Positions 50,450-63,765 of a stretch of DNA of 64,000 bases are shown one piece after another. Each line of letters starts with the position of its first letter. Within the stretch, counting starts at the first letter, position 1. Made by a program: the position numbers and the translations under genes. Source of the DNA: Chara braunii (Eukaryota; Plantae; Charophyceae); NCBI GenBank assembly GCA_003427395.1, contig BFEA01000012.1, forward strand, positions 5,734,016 through 5,798,015. The letters are read 5' to 3'. The notes under the pieces are model-generated. The model was not told the DNA's origin, did not search any database, and worked only from the letters and a program-made list of their open reading frames with translations.

Positions 50450-53400
50450 TCCCCGCAAGTAGAAGCACTAGCACAACATGGCGATCTCGTACGCAGAGAC
50501 ATTAAGGAAAGAGCCCAAGCAGTAGAAGCCAACAAATCCCGCAAACCCGGGGAATGAGCCCGCTCCAGGAGGATATTCACATGATCAGGCACGGTCCCCA
50601 CCGGGAACACAAGCGCTACCCTTAGGCAACTCACAAAAAGGCTCACAATCCTCAACCTTCGAAGCGGCCTCGAGATCCCTGACCCAAAAGACAATGAATT
50701 TTCTCATCTCAAGCACTGAGATTAAATCCAAAGTGAATATCATCAAACAAACGATCCCCTCAGACGAAGGAGAAGGAGAAAAGCAGGTTGAAATATGAGA
50801 ATATCCGGAAGAAGATAAATCCAACTGTGAAGAGGTGTTTAACAAACACACAGTCTTGTTTAATTTCCCACAGAAGTGCGCAAACATGTCCCCGAATGAA
50901 AAACGACCTTGGGTCCGGGACATCCTCAGATCCCTAAAGGAAATTCCAGGCACAGAACCAGACGTCACATGCCATAAACGAACTCGCAACACAGTCATGA
51001 TTTTCACCCTGAATAAAGCTTACGCACGCTACCTAATCTCCTTAAACAGTCTCAAATGCAGAAGGGGAGTAGTCACAGTTATCGACTGGAAACCCAGACG
51101 AGCACCGCAGCCCAATGCCTCAAGGCACAGATAAACCATGCTGCGGAACCACTTTTGGATCCAGTTTGATAACATTGTGGAGGGCTTGCACAACTTTGTG
51201 GAACACAGGCTGGTGAAAGCATATCCAAACAACCCGGTCATCGAATGGTTGGCTTCAGACCCTGCATTCCTAGCACTCAATCATGACTCAAGAATCGCAT
51301 GTATTGAAGTCCCTTCAGGCATCCCCCCACAGTTCCCAGATACCTGGCTATTCCAAAAACCCAATGGTCAGAAGCTGATAATCTTTCTCTCTACCAAAGC
51401 CAACCCAAGATGCTTCAAGTGCAGAGGAAAGGGTCACCTGGGCACTGATAGGAGTTGTCCGCTCAACAGGGACAAAGCAGGGAAACCAGGCCAAATCCAA
51501 GCTAACCTGGTCGAATGTGAAACAATTTCAGGTATGTGGTTCATCGACGACCCTACCTACTGTGGATGGGTCTTCGACGACAGGTTGGAAGACCCAAAAC
51601 GGGTATGGACACTACAGGGTGAACCATCTGTCTAACCCGATGTATACCCACCACATGGCAACCAATGGCAAACAAAGGGGGCGAGGAAAATCGAGGACAG
51701 GGAAGGAGGTTACCTAAAAAAGCAAATTTTGGACTCACAGGGGATTATGGAAGACAAGCGCATGAAAGATACCTTGCAGGAATTAATCAAAACAGACAGC
51801 TCAACTGAGAAAGCCTATTTTGAGAATCTGCATGCACGAGATAAGATCCTACAAGCAACCAATACGCAAAATCCCCCGCAGATCACCAAGGAATCTCATA
51901 AACCTCAAGGGGACAACTCATCCAACGGCCCACACAAAAGGCTCAAAAGAAAAGTCAATCCCTTGGACGAGAAGGAAGATCTCAACAGGCAAAAGGAGAT
52001 CCTCAAAGCACAAATCAGTATGTTGAGGGATCAGAACAGGGAAACAACCGAAATGACAATCAATCTGCAAAAGTTGGCAGCAGGTCAAAATGCAAAAAAC
52101 ATTCACAGCAGCCAAGTTAGAAGCCAAAGGAGGATGCAGGAAAAGAGCGATAATCCCCTACAAATGGAACACAAAACATGAGGATTGAGAAGTTGCAGTT
52201 AACAAGTCATTGGCTCTCATTGCACTAGCCAAACCAAGCAAAAAAACACTAACAATCAACATCTCAGAAAATGGCCCCATGAGTGATCATATTGTCGGAA
52301 CATGGGGGGAGTGGAGAGAGGAGTGGATTGGCGCAACGGGAAACCTAATGATCAACGATCTCAGGTTGTATATGGTCCGATATTCAATGGAGGCTGAGAT
52401 CCAGGACCACCTCACATGGAAACCATTGAAGGTAGTCCAGGCAATCCCCTACGGCCTCTTAGGCGGTGACATCCTTGCAGAACAGGCAGCAGTTGCAGCG
52501 TCAATTAAAGAGGGACATGGGCTCTGGCCCAAGCTCTGGAAGTGGGCGCCCGGGTGGTTAGAATCCACAACACAGAACCCCATTAGAGAACCTAGAAGTA
52601 GACCCAACAAAATGGGCATGGAACCTAAAACAAGGAACCTCAAGATCAACACCAAACTCAACCTGCTACGATACACAACCAAACTATGCTATAGATTGAG
52701 ACGGCGTTCTGCGAACCCGGACCCAATAATACAGAGCGCTGGAAAAAGCACCTCGATGTAGAAACAGAAACATTAGACCCGATTCCATGCAACAGATAAG
52801 CGTCTATAAACCCTCCCAAATTTAGAAGCCTACAATGGTCAATCCTCTACCTAGCAGTCCCACTAAACCAATGGCTAAATGTCAGAAGAAAGGAGGACAG
52901 AAGCCCACTGAAAGAACTATGCGCCGGCCAAATAGAAAACCTGTATCACTGTTTCCTCCTATGCCCTAGAATAAAACCGCTATGGCAAAGGGTAGCAAAG
53001 TTATGGAACTTGATAACAGGTTCAACTTTCACAAGCAACATCACACTCCTACTCCTAGGTTTTGAAAGCCCAGAAAACTGTAGCCCACTAGAATCTAACT
53101 TCTTCAGAATACTTAGAAAAGCTACACTACGGGTAATATGGCGGAAAGATGTCAAGAAACAATAGAAAAACAGAGAATGCACACCCAAGAAGCTTGGACA
53201 ATACTCCAACAACAGGTGGAAACTGAATATTGGGTCCTATGGTGTAAGGTGCGCAAAAGGATGAAAGAAGACGAAACCAAAGCCAAAGAACACCAATACA
53301 AGTTTGAAGAACACTTCCTAGCAAAAGGCAAAATCAATTTGATCCGAAAATAAAGTATAGTATTCCAATTATGGGAAGGTTTCCCACCGACTCCATACCC

Positions 53401-54306
53401 AAGAAACCTCGGTAAACAGTCCCGAGTCCCTAGAAGCCAACATACTCTCAGACTAATTTAACTTATAGACCATAAAAGGGAAACGCCCAATCAGTCTAGT
53501 CCCAAAAAACAAGACAATACAAGAATGCACAACCGGTCAGAGATAGGTATACTCTAACTACAAGAGAAAACTCAGAAATAGATCAGATACAGAATAGGCG
53601 GAACCTAAGACAATAGACAAAACAACCTCAAACAGACCAATATTTCAAAAGAAGGACAGACAGCCACAGGTTACTGTATGTTAGGTTAGCGACACAAACA
53701 GCAAGTAAATACCCTACGGATAGAGAAGTCAGATAAGTACCCAAGGTTTCACCAGAGATAGCACTATAGGATGTCAGACTATAGAAAAGCGCAGGTCACA
53801 AGCGAAGGACTTATCACAAGGGTCAATAGGTAGCCTAGGGTTTAGGGTTCTAGCAAGGAGTGCAATAAATGCAGGCCCATAGTGCGCAGCCTACATGGAT
53901 TTCACCACAGACGGTCAACCAGCAGTTCTAGAGAGAGAAGAGAATCAGACAGCTGATGAGCTGAGAGGATCTGACNGGCTCGAACAAANGGANTCTACTT
54001 TCAAANNATAGGATAAATTGTANNCCAGGTTAGCAAAANGTAGGAGGAAAATAGTGCAGGCTAACTTNGGCAGGGGTGAAGGAGGGTNCATCCTTCCTGA
54101 TGGAAGTAATCAATGNCGTCCTTCGGGCCTCCACACCAGAAGGGGGAGGAGCGTGAGAGTGTTCTCAATGTATTTTCTTTTGACTTGCCAGTGGAATAGG
54201 AACCGGACTGACGCTCCCCAGAATGGAAAAGGAGCCAGAACCATAAGGTTCTGTTAAAAAAAAAAAAAAAANAAAAAAAAAAAAGAAAAAAAAAAAAGAA
54301 AGAAAG
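50450..54306 (+). mobile_element. Internally deleted L1-type LINE (ORF1 zinc knuckle + zf-RVT tail, no EN/RT) with poly(A) and 14-bp TSD
   Basis: TSD aaagcatatgacag at 50436-50449 and 54307-54320; ORF1 CCHC-like PRCFKCRGKGH..C; IENLYHCFLLCPRIKPLW zf-RVT at ~52930; poly(A) from 54256. Confidence 0.9.
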
Positions 54307-54351
54307 AAAGCATATGACAGAGTTAACCAAGACTTCATGCAGGCCACCCTT

Positions 54352-54666
54352 CCTGCTGCTGGCTCTCTCCGGGGAACAGTGCTCAGACCGGTCACGGGAG
54401 ATATACGGGGACTGGGAACCTTCTTCGTCAAGGGGTTTACCTGATGTGAATGTGGATATGGGTAGAACCTGTAAAATCTGTAACTTTGGCTCATTTATAA
54501 TGTTGTGAAGGGACGCTGGACCCGGTTTCCAGCAGGTGCAGCTCCCCACCAATGGACCAGAGCCATCCAATAGCGGGGCCTGTAGAATGGGTGTCTGCTC
54601 TTATCACCACCCCTTCTACACCCATCGTCGATGTTTCCTTTTAAAAAAAATAAAAACAAAAAAAAA
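54352..54666 (+). mobile_element. Short poly(A)-tailed retroposed repeat; related copy on minus strand at ~62640-62770
   Basis: tggacccgg..tccagcaggtgc.gctccccaccaat.gac..gagc shared; A-tail at 54643-54666. Confidence 0.65.
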
Positions 54667-57564
54667 CGATAGAGTCTTGGTCAACGGCTTCCCATCCTCC
54701 TCATTTAGAGTCACACAATCCCTACGCCAGGGATGCCCCCTCGCCCCTTCCCCGTTTGTTATCCAGTTAGAAGTACTCCTCAACATGGTAAGGCAACATC
54801 CAGACGTTGATGGCATACACACCTCTCCACAATATTGTATCAAACTCTCAGCCCTCGCTGACGTCTTTTCAGCAATTTCAGAAAATTCTACTTCATCCTT
54901 ATCGGCATTGGAAGAACATCTTTCCAGATACAAGATTGCCTCGGAGATGAGGGTTAGCTGGCATTGCCTCGGAGATAAGGGTTAGCTGGCAGAAATCTGT
55001 CGCCCTCACCCCGCAAGGACAACCCCTTGCTGTAGACCTCAGGATTCAGGTAAAATCCAGTTCAGAACTTCAGAAGTGGAAAGATAACTGGTATTCAAGT
55101 TTCTTTTGGTGACTCTTCACAGGTACAGGACTCAATTCTTGAAAATAGGATTAGAGATGCTGGCACCACATGGTCCAAAACTCACTTCCTTTCCCTCTTT
55201 GGTCGAGCAATGGTTATTAAGTAATATTAACACATTTATCTCTTCTAGGATCTGGTACATACTATCTATTCGGGCTCTAAGTGCTGCTTCAGCCGTTAAC
55301 ATCAAACACCAAACGGTTACTCACTCACTTTCTGTGGAAAGGAAATTCGGAAGCCCGATCGGGCGTGAGTAAAGCTGGATGGTCAAAAGTAACTGAGAAA
55401 AAGGAGGAGGGAAGCCTGGGGATTATTGATCCTGAAACTCAGAATCAAGCCCTACATCAACAGAGAATCAACCGTGGATTGAACTAGCTCAGTACTCTCT
55501 TGCGAAGGACTGGAAACTCTCTAACCCGGAGGCAGTCTGGCATGCGCTGTTGATGCATCCATTCACGTCCAGGAAAGTGAACAGAACTTGCAATGACATC
55601 CTTAATGCGTGGGGGGAAATGCTCCCCCAACTTCTCGCTCTACCGGAAACCAAAGATGAAATCCATAATACCTGTCTTTTTGAAAACCCTGCTATCCTCA
55701 ACTCGGCCAGGCTTCCCTTCTCCGTAGCGAAATCACCAGGTAACCACATCGATGCAACGGGGCATTTGGTTGGTGTGACACATCTGAAACGAGGAAAAGT
55801 CACACCTGGAAGACAGCCAACGATCTCAGGCCATATCTATCAGGTCTGCATCACAGACACAGACACCTGACAGAGATCATCAACACCCTACCTTCCTCAT
55901 GGACATCTACCCTATCCTGCCAAGGTAACATTCACATGGAACAGCAGTGGTTCAAGATTCCAGCGACCTCTGATCGCTTCTACAGAATCGACAGGATTAG
56001 GGAGGAAGGCAGGAAAGATGGCAGCATCCGAATGGGTGATGAGAGACTCCCGCTTGACACAAACGAAGGGAAGGACCCGCAGGAAATTCATGCAGAAGGA
56101 CTGGAAGAAGTAAGAGTCCAACTAACGAGATCCTCAGGTGGTTCCTCAGTTTTTCAGATTATCATGCAGGCTGTTCCTCTCAGCAAATGGAAGGTTGATG
56201 TCTCCAAAAACGGTTGGATCATATCTACATCAGATGGGTCGTCCACCAAAGTCTCTATTTTAGACTATACCGCCAAAGTTGGTTACAAGTTCCAGTCCGA
56301 GTCTAAAAACCTGCAGTCCGGCCTCTCTACTGCCTGGCAGAGACGAATGCCCTCACTAAATCTTCAACCACTTCCCCCCAACTGGCTTATACATTCTTTA
56401 TCTGTATATCATCCTTTCTTCTCTGGAGACAAAATTAGGGGGGATCCGATGTCTACACCTTCACTCTTGTGTTCCAGCAGCATTACGGTGTTCTGAGAAA
56501 GGAATGGAAATCTGTGTCTTTTGTGACATCTGCACACATCGTTGTCTAGAGGACTGGCTACACCTCCGGTGGGAATGCATCATCGCCAGAGGCTTTTCGG
56601 AATTTCTAAATTCAATACGGGCTGGGGCATACACTATAGTGGGTTCCTGGAACCAAGATCTAGTCATCACTGGGAGAGTCAGCCCTCTATTTGATTAGGG
56701 ACCAACAGTCTGGCATGCTGGCCCAATATTTCAGGTCAAGAGCTTTTGGGGCTTTATGGATAGCAAGAAGGGACAAGAGGTTTCTCGACAAATGTAACCC
56801 CCTTCCCTTGATGCTCGCTCAGTACAGCGTCTACAGACAGATGATTCGGCTGGATATCATGGCAGATTGGATCAAGACCAAGAAAGCCTCCGGAAATCAA
56901 GAATTTGCCAAAGCTATTTTTCGAAAGAAATGGTCGACCCCGTTCAAACTTCAAACAGGCCAACTTCACAGAAGACAACAAGCTGTTCTACTCAGACCTC
57001 CTCTGGGACCACTCTCCCACCAGCACTACCGTCTTCACCCCAATAAAACGCCCGGTAATTATAGCTGCATCTGGACTGAAAGTTCTGCCAAATGCAGCTA
57101 TAATGACCGGGTGTTCTGTTCGGGTGAAGACGGTAGTTAGTTAACTTAGTTTTAAGTTTTAACTTTTAAGTCACATTTTCTGGCAACTGTGAAGGTAGCG
57201 AGGACCTGATATGGAAAGTTCCCAGGTTCTCCTCTTGCAATTCGTTAACTTTATTTATCTCAGTTTTCCTTCTTAGTGTTTAGCTTCAGAAGCGAAGCCG
57301 GGTAGTGCTCCCGGAGGACGGTTCCACTAGCAAACAAGTTATGGACTATTATGACCTGTGCGACAGGTTGAGAAAAGAAAAATAAATAAAATTAAAGACA
57401 AAAAAAAAACAAATGGTGATGTTGCAGTCCCCAGATGGGAAGGAGGTCAGCGTTTGAAAGTGCTGCGAAAGGCGGCCGTCTTCTTGAACATGAGAATCGA
57501 CAGCTGCCGCTGTGAGGCACCTCTGTGGCAACTTCACATGAGCTCGGAGGCCCAGGACTCCTTC

Positions 57565-58425
57565 TTTTTTTTTTTTTTTTTTTCTTTTTTTTTTTCTTTT
57601 TTTCTCAAAAAGTCCAGGGTATTGTAGAGGTCAGTCAGTGATTGCACAGTGATCACCTGGAACTGTGAGCCACAGGTGTCCTTCTAAGACCCCATCCCAA
57701 CCCATCCTCACGTCAATACTCCTAGCGCACCCCCTATCCCACTATCCTACCTCAGCGTGACCAGCACTCAGGACCATTGCCCTACCCACGAGCAGGCAAC
57801 TTGCACCGAACAGCAGTGATAGGCACCAGGGCTGATGGGTCACCCAGCCCTGGTGGAAGCGGAATTGGACAAACCTTGTCGAACAGGAACTTCGGACGCC
57901 AGGCCCAGACAATGAACAACAGGCCCCCATATATCTAGCCACCAGACAGTTCTATTCGAATGTCAGTAGGAACTGCACCCAATGGCAACCTATCCAACCT
58001 ACCTGAACCTACTGCAGGCACTAGACCCTACCAGTGACTAGCCCCCCAGTCTGTTTTTTTTTGTGTACATATATATTCTGTGAACCTATGTTGGCAGTTT
58101 CATGTGTGGAACATGTGTATATGGTTGTATGCTGCACCCCACCATGGAGCATCTATGATGTGAATAGCCACCAGATCGTTCAGAATCTATCCGAATGACA
58201 GTAGGAACTGCACCCAATGGCACCCTATCCAACCTACCCGAACCTACTGCAGGCACTAGACCCCACCAGTGACTAACATGTGTGTACTGTATGAAGTCAT
58301 ATGTATATATATCAAGGAGAGGACGGGGCAAGCTGGACAAGAACCCCCCCCAAGGATCAAGCCAGGCTCGAACCCGTGCCCTGTAACGTGTAAATCCAAG
58401 ACTCTACCATATGAACAACCACCAG
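57565..58425 (-). mobile_element. Probable tRNA-headed SINE(s) with an internal ~90-bp duplication
   Basis: Minus strand 58420-58345: gttcatatggtagag..ttacac..ggttcgagcc (A/B-box-like); duplicate units at ~57950 and ~58185; poly(T) on plus at 57565. Confidence 0.5.
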
Positions 58426-58853
58426 ATATGGATCAAACGTGTGATATGCCAGACTGGGGAGAAACCAGAACACCTGCAACCAACACCCCAAGCAAACCCT
58501 GTGACACCCACAACCAACATACAATACCGTGGACTACCCTTGGGTGGTGCGCATGCAGTGTCTGTAATAGTACCATGCGTCAGCCCAAGGGAATGTGTGT
58601 CCAGCCGTGCGTCAATGTAACGCCCTGCCGGTGTCCATGTGCAAGGCCCAGGACTTCTTGATGCTTGCAAAAGCTGCAGAAGCCCTCCGAGTAACAAACC
58701 ACATTCGATGCATGTATCCTGTCAGGGAACCAAGGTAGATAGATTTCTGTTTTCTTTTCTTTTGTTTTTCACTGTATTTTATATGTTTGCGAAGGTAGAT
58801 ACATTTCTCTTTCACTTTTTTGTTTTCTTTTCTTTTTCTGCCTATTTTCCATA

Positions 58854-58981
58854 GGGCCTCGCTGCACTCTACTACTCTCCCCATGTACAAAAGACAAAAA
58901 ATATGGCGCCGCATCTTCCCATGTTCTAGCAGAACATTCATTATCATTTTGCACATTTGGAGAGTAGTTGCAGCGAGGCCC
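58854..58981 (+). mobile_element. 128-bp Tourist/Harbinger-like MITE (best copy)
   Basis: ATA|gggcctcgctgca..ctactctcc ... ggagagtagttgcagcgaggccc|ATA: TIRs and 3-bp TSD. Confidence 0.85.
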
Positions 58982-59059
58982 ATACTGGCGAGTTAGCCCC
59001 TTTGCACATGTAGTAAATCGTATGCACGTACACTCCCATACGACTTGTAGAGCGTGCAC

Positions 59060-59181
59060 AGACTTCGTTCCACTACTCTCGAAATGTGCAAAACGAGAGT
59101 GAATCTTGCAGTAGAACATGGAAAGATACACAGCTATGGTTTTTGTCTTTTGTGCCTGTCGAGAGTAGTGGTGCAAGGGCT
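59060..59181 (-). mobile_element. Second, inverted copy of the same MITE
   Basis: cactactctcgaaatgtgcaaaacgagagtgaatcttgcagtagaacatggaaagatac..gagagtagtggtgcaagggc. Confidence 0.8.
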
Positions 59182-59603
59182 ATATGACGAAGGTCAGGGT
59201 CGATTATTCGCTGCTTCCACTTGGCGTACGGATTCGGTACCTGTAAGATGAAGCTCGCTGTTAGGACCACGTACTCCGAATCGTAATGTACGGTGTTCTG
59301 TCCTTTCTGCCCGCGGTGCGCAGCACCTGTATTCAGAAACGGAAAACGGGAAAGCTCTCGTTTGTGGTCCATAGCTTCGTGGGTGGCAGCGTTCGATAGC
59401 AGGTGCACTGTTCCATGTGGCATCGCCAGGCACTGCAACCCCTCCCACACAGCTGAGTATGGAGGCCCATCAGTACAGTTGGGAACAGTGGAAGTGTATT
59501 CTCTGGGCATGCACCTCCACCCAGTGGTCCTTCAAAGCCAGTCTCCCCCTTCTTTGTTCCCAGTTCGTCCGATGGGAGGTCGCTGGAGGACACGAGGGAG
59601 TAC

Positions 59604-60985
59604 TTGCGCCGGCGCGCAATGCGGAGCTCAAGCAACGAAGACCAAACAGCGGTCTCACCTATAACCAGCGCTCACACTTTCAGCATGCCTCAACGGTCTA
59701 TGGAGCAGTTACAGGAGCAGCCGTTGTTGTCTCCTCACTCCTCCGTTGGGCGGGTGGGAGGTGTAGACATGTCACAACAGGGTGTAGACGTGTCACAGTT
59801 AGAATCGCAGGCTGTTTGCGACATGCCACAATGTAGTTTGCTCTCTGCATCCGATGAGGCTGTGCAGCAGACAGGCCACAGTTTGCCAACTGCTGGCTTG
59901 GGCCCCTCTGGGACAGTGGTTTTGAGTGATCAGGAGCTGGGGTTCGGCAGTGTTGACTGGCCAGGCGATTGTGGGAATGGTTTGCCATACCAAATGGGGG
60001 GAGGGGATGAGGACTGTGCTGACTCACAGGCAGGAGGAGATCGTGGACATCAGCAGACGGAAGGTCGCGTGCAAGCGGATGGGACCCCAGGTGAGAAGCA
60101 GCCATGGGTGGGTGAGGAGCAGCATCTCTCTCCTCCCCCTGCTTGTGATGGCGCAGTCCCTGCTAATGGCGGTGATGGGTGTCAGCGTAATAGGCGCTGG
60201 AACGATGCTGAAACGCTTGCCCTCATCCGCGCGCATGGGGAGTACAGGGTTGCACGAGCAGTCGACTCTGAAGCTATAGGCAATGCTTGCTCTTTGAATA
60301 AGAAATGGGAGGGTATATCAGCTGCCGTGTGTGCTGCTGGCTTCTGTAATGACGATGACTGTGAAAATAAGTGGAAGAACCTGTGGAGGTGGTATAGGAA
60401 GGTGCTGGTCCACGATCGCATCAGTGGAGTGCAGAGCTATTGGACCATGTCACCTGAGGAACGAGCGAATGATGGACTCAAGTTCCGCCTTCGAAGGTCC
60501 CGGTTTGATCTCATTGACTCCTTCAATATGAGAAACCCGACTGTCCATCCTGAAGGTGTTGTCGATCCTGGAGATGAGGAAGATGGGCGAGGACCAGGAC
60601 AGCGCAGTCAGGGTTCTCCTCCTGTGAGTGGTGGTAGGGCTGAGAGTGGGGTTGACGATGCACATGCTGAAGGGGCTGAAGTGGGAATGTCAGCAAAGCG
60701 CAGATGCACTGTCGCAAATGCCCGGTAATCTCCGCAGTAATGAGGGAGCAGACAGACGCACTGAGGGAGCACAGTAGGCGATCGGTGGAGTGCACTGAAC
60801 TCACAGTGAAAGCCATGTACAAGCAGGCAGCAGTGCAACAACAGATTGGAAAGCTCACTGGCAAAGTTGCTCGGGAGGACATGGCTATTCGGAAGGAGAT
60901 TGCTCTTCTTATGGCAGACAAGCTTGAGAAGGGGTGGAACGCATTTGCTCCGCCATTGCGAGATTCGCAATCTTCCTCCTCATAA
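59604..60985 (+). CDS. Myb/SANT-like (trihelix-type) DNA-binding protein, probably the Harbinger accessory ORF; frameshift near 60725
   Basis: RRWNDAETLALIRA..KKWEGISAAV..CENKWKNLWRWYRKV trihelix signature. A helical C-terminal part continues in another frame (60704-60985). First in-frame ATG at 59685. Confidence 0.8.
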
Positions 60986-61139
60986 AGGCCACAAAAGTGT
61001 TAGTTTTGGAGTAGATGGTGTAGCAAATGATGCACTACTGGTCTGTTTTCTATTATCCAGGGTCTAGTTTCCATTGGTTTGGGTTCAGCTATCTATCTGT
61101 GTCAGGTTTTGATAGTGCTGCTCTGAAGACATCGTTTTA

Positions 61140-61274
61140 TTGTGCTGGTTGGACTCCAATGTCCATGGCCCAGCAGATTTTCCGGTCAGTTTTGTAGAGT
61201 ACTATGAACCAATACCCCTGATTATTGTGTGGTGGTTACCTTTTGAAGTTGGCAATCCGCCTACCTTTTTGAAT

Positions 61275-61352
<78 letters not shown>

Positions 61353-61412
61353 NNNNNNNNNNNNNNNNNNNNNNNNNNNNNNNNNNNNNNNNNNNNNNNN
61401 NNNNNNNNNNNN

Positions 61413-61458
<46 letters not shown>

Positions 61459-62650
61459 GTGCTGCTTTAGTCGCATCACTATGGGGCTACTACGTTGGCT
61501 ATGTATTGATGATTGAAGACGAGAGTTGAGGGTCTGGTTTCGGAGAGACTTCAGTGTTTTGTTTCTTCCTAAATGGTGTGCTTTCCGCTTTGGTTTTCTG
61601 CTTTTGAACTTTGCTCAACCGTGCTAAGCCTTGGTCTTCTTTGACATTCTGCATTCTGGAAAATTTGTGTTCTTATTGCATGGGAGCTTGTGTTTGTAAC
61701 TTTTATTTGGGGGGGCGGGGGGGGGGGCTGTTTAGTTCGTTGTTCAACATCAATCTCGATGACAGAGCCTACTGTCCGGACATTCAGCTTTGACATTCAG
61801 AGGAAAGATATTACCGGGCAGACAGGTGCATGAGTGAGTACTAGGAATTAGTCCACACACGTGAGGTGTATACTCGAGTGATCATTTTTACTTCTTCTCC
61901 TTATTATTTCCCAGACTTCAATTGAAGTGTGTTTTTTTCCTTTGAAGATATATGGGGTGCACAATGCCTTGCCACGCGGTGATCGTTCCTTCTCCTTCAC
62001 TGCCAGCAACGACACAGTTTTTTTTTTTCTGTTTTTTTTTTCCCTTTTACATTTAGCTGAATTTGAACTTGACCTAGCCAATACGACTGCTCCCGTCTGT
62101 GTCTGACAGTAACTACGTCCATATAGCAGTCCAAAAAATCCTGGTCTGACTCGTCTGAGTACTATTCTCTGAGAGTTGGCTATTGCGAGGCAGCAGGCAC
62201 TCACTGTATGGGGTAGACGACAGGGTCGCGATCTTGAAGTACGGCAGCACAATAGATCCTGGACAATGAGGGCATACCCACAATAGTATTTTTTCTACTA
62301 TAGTCTGGCAGTGTCAGAGTCTTCCACGTCTGGCCATAATTGCAGTCCGATTCATTTATGTAAGTACTTGTGTGCGTATGCCCTGACTAGGGTGAGCTCG
62401 TGGTGGTGGTGTTGTTTTTTTTCCCCTCCTAGTCCTTTCTGTTCTCTCGATAGATGGTTAGCAAGGTTAGCATTGGCATTTCCCTCCCTCACCATGGATG
62501 AAAGGAGTAGTTCAAATCCAGCTACAGGGTGTGTTGTATTCTGGGAGACATGGTTTAGTTATGCCATTGGAAAAAACATTGGCGTAGTAGAGATTGACAG
62601 CATACTCAAATTGGGAAGAAACGGTCGGTAGGAATTGATGATATTTTTTT
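61140..62650 (-). pseudogene. Possible highly decayed Harbinger DDE transposase, convergent with the Myb/SANT ORF
   Basis: Minus-strand fragments LQLWPD (~62345), YYCGYALIVQ..VVYP (~62285-62210), FNHQ (~61515), RAF (~61275) lie in Harbinger-like order; many stops. Confidence 0.4.
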
Positions 62651-63499
62651 TTCTTTAACTGCTTGGTTCACTAGGCAAGGTGGTAAGAGTATCCGCCCCT
62701 AGTACCCTCACCGGTGCTCCAGTCTATTGGTGGGGAGCAGCACCTGCTGGAGCCCGGGTCCATAACGCGATCAAGTTCACTTGACAGAAGTTCAAAGGGC
62801 ATACGGGTAGCATAAATCTATGCAATGACGAGAGTAATATTTTCCGTAGAAATCGAGCTCAGACAAAACGAGAAGGTTCGCATAGCATCCCCTTCGATTA
62901 CCAGGGGGAGGAGTTTGTGCGGACTATGTCATAGTCCGCATATAGCCTCTCTCGTTGTTGCGCCGCGGCCATGCTGATTACTCTTTTTTCCCCTCATGCT
63001 GTTCCAAGTTTGACAGATTCCCTACGACGATGAATAGTACCCATGCTACGTGTCGATGAGTAGTACCCATGCTACACGTCGGGAAAGAGGTTTCACCTCG
63101 CACGTTTGAAGTTTGAGATTCCGATGTTTGTTGTTGTGTGTTTTTTGAACTTTCTTCCTCCCCCTACAGCGCCATAATTTGGAGGTTTCCGCAAGGTAAA
63201 TAATTTGTGGATGGTTTTCTTTTTCGACTACAACACTACTACTACAGGACTACTTCGGCCGAAGACCCAGCAAGACGTCAAAGAACATGACAATGACGTG
63301 TGCCAGAGGCAGAGTCAGGGCGGACAGAGCTGTGGATGTCACTAGAGTCAGAGATACATCACCCATCAACCCCACTCAACAATCACTGGAAAATCGTGGA
63401 TCAATGCTTCCCACACCCAATCAATGCGAGACATTGAGTCCCACTGGGCTAATTCCATAGCCCAACGATGTTGATGATCGTAATCACTTCGTTGGATTG

Positions 63500-63765
63500 G
63501 CCTCGATGACGTGGCAATGGAGTAACGACTCGTTTGTGTTGCTTGATGACATGGCAATGAAGTCATGTAAACAGTGTTGCTACATACACCGGATAATCAT
63601 GTGGCAAAAACATCATCACTAGTTCTATTGAATCACTAGGTCTATTGATCGCTTGATGACGTGGCAATCACGGGATCTGTCCTTGGACTGATCGCTTGAT
63701 GACATGACAACAAGGGGACCGGTTGCTAGATTGATCTCTTGATGACGTGGCAATAACGGGATCCA
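63500..63765. repeat. Dispersed tandem motif TTGATGAC(G/A)TGGCAAT at ~40-55-bp spacing
   Basis: Copies at ~63505, 63543, 63653, 63695, 63739 and a weaker one at ~63597. Confidence 0.8.

Larger units (their letters stand above)
49900..57412 (+). mobile_element. 5'-truncated Tx1/L1-type LINE (host), ORF2 pseudogene interrupted by two insertions
   Basis: GKCPGP..LPVEFY, NYRLISLLN, KAYD|RVN, VNG..SLRQGCPLAP, LAD, FLWKG..W..V..GSLGI, and zf-RVT CVFC..HLRWEC..LWIAR in order; A-rich tail ~57370-57412. Confidence 0.9.

Noticed and set aside
53945-53995. Hammerhead-like CTGATGAG..CTCGAAC in the LINE 3' UTR
   Set aside because: GAAA core absent, stems I and III cannot be formed, and the sequence has Ns.
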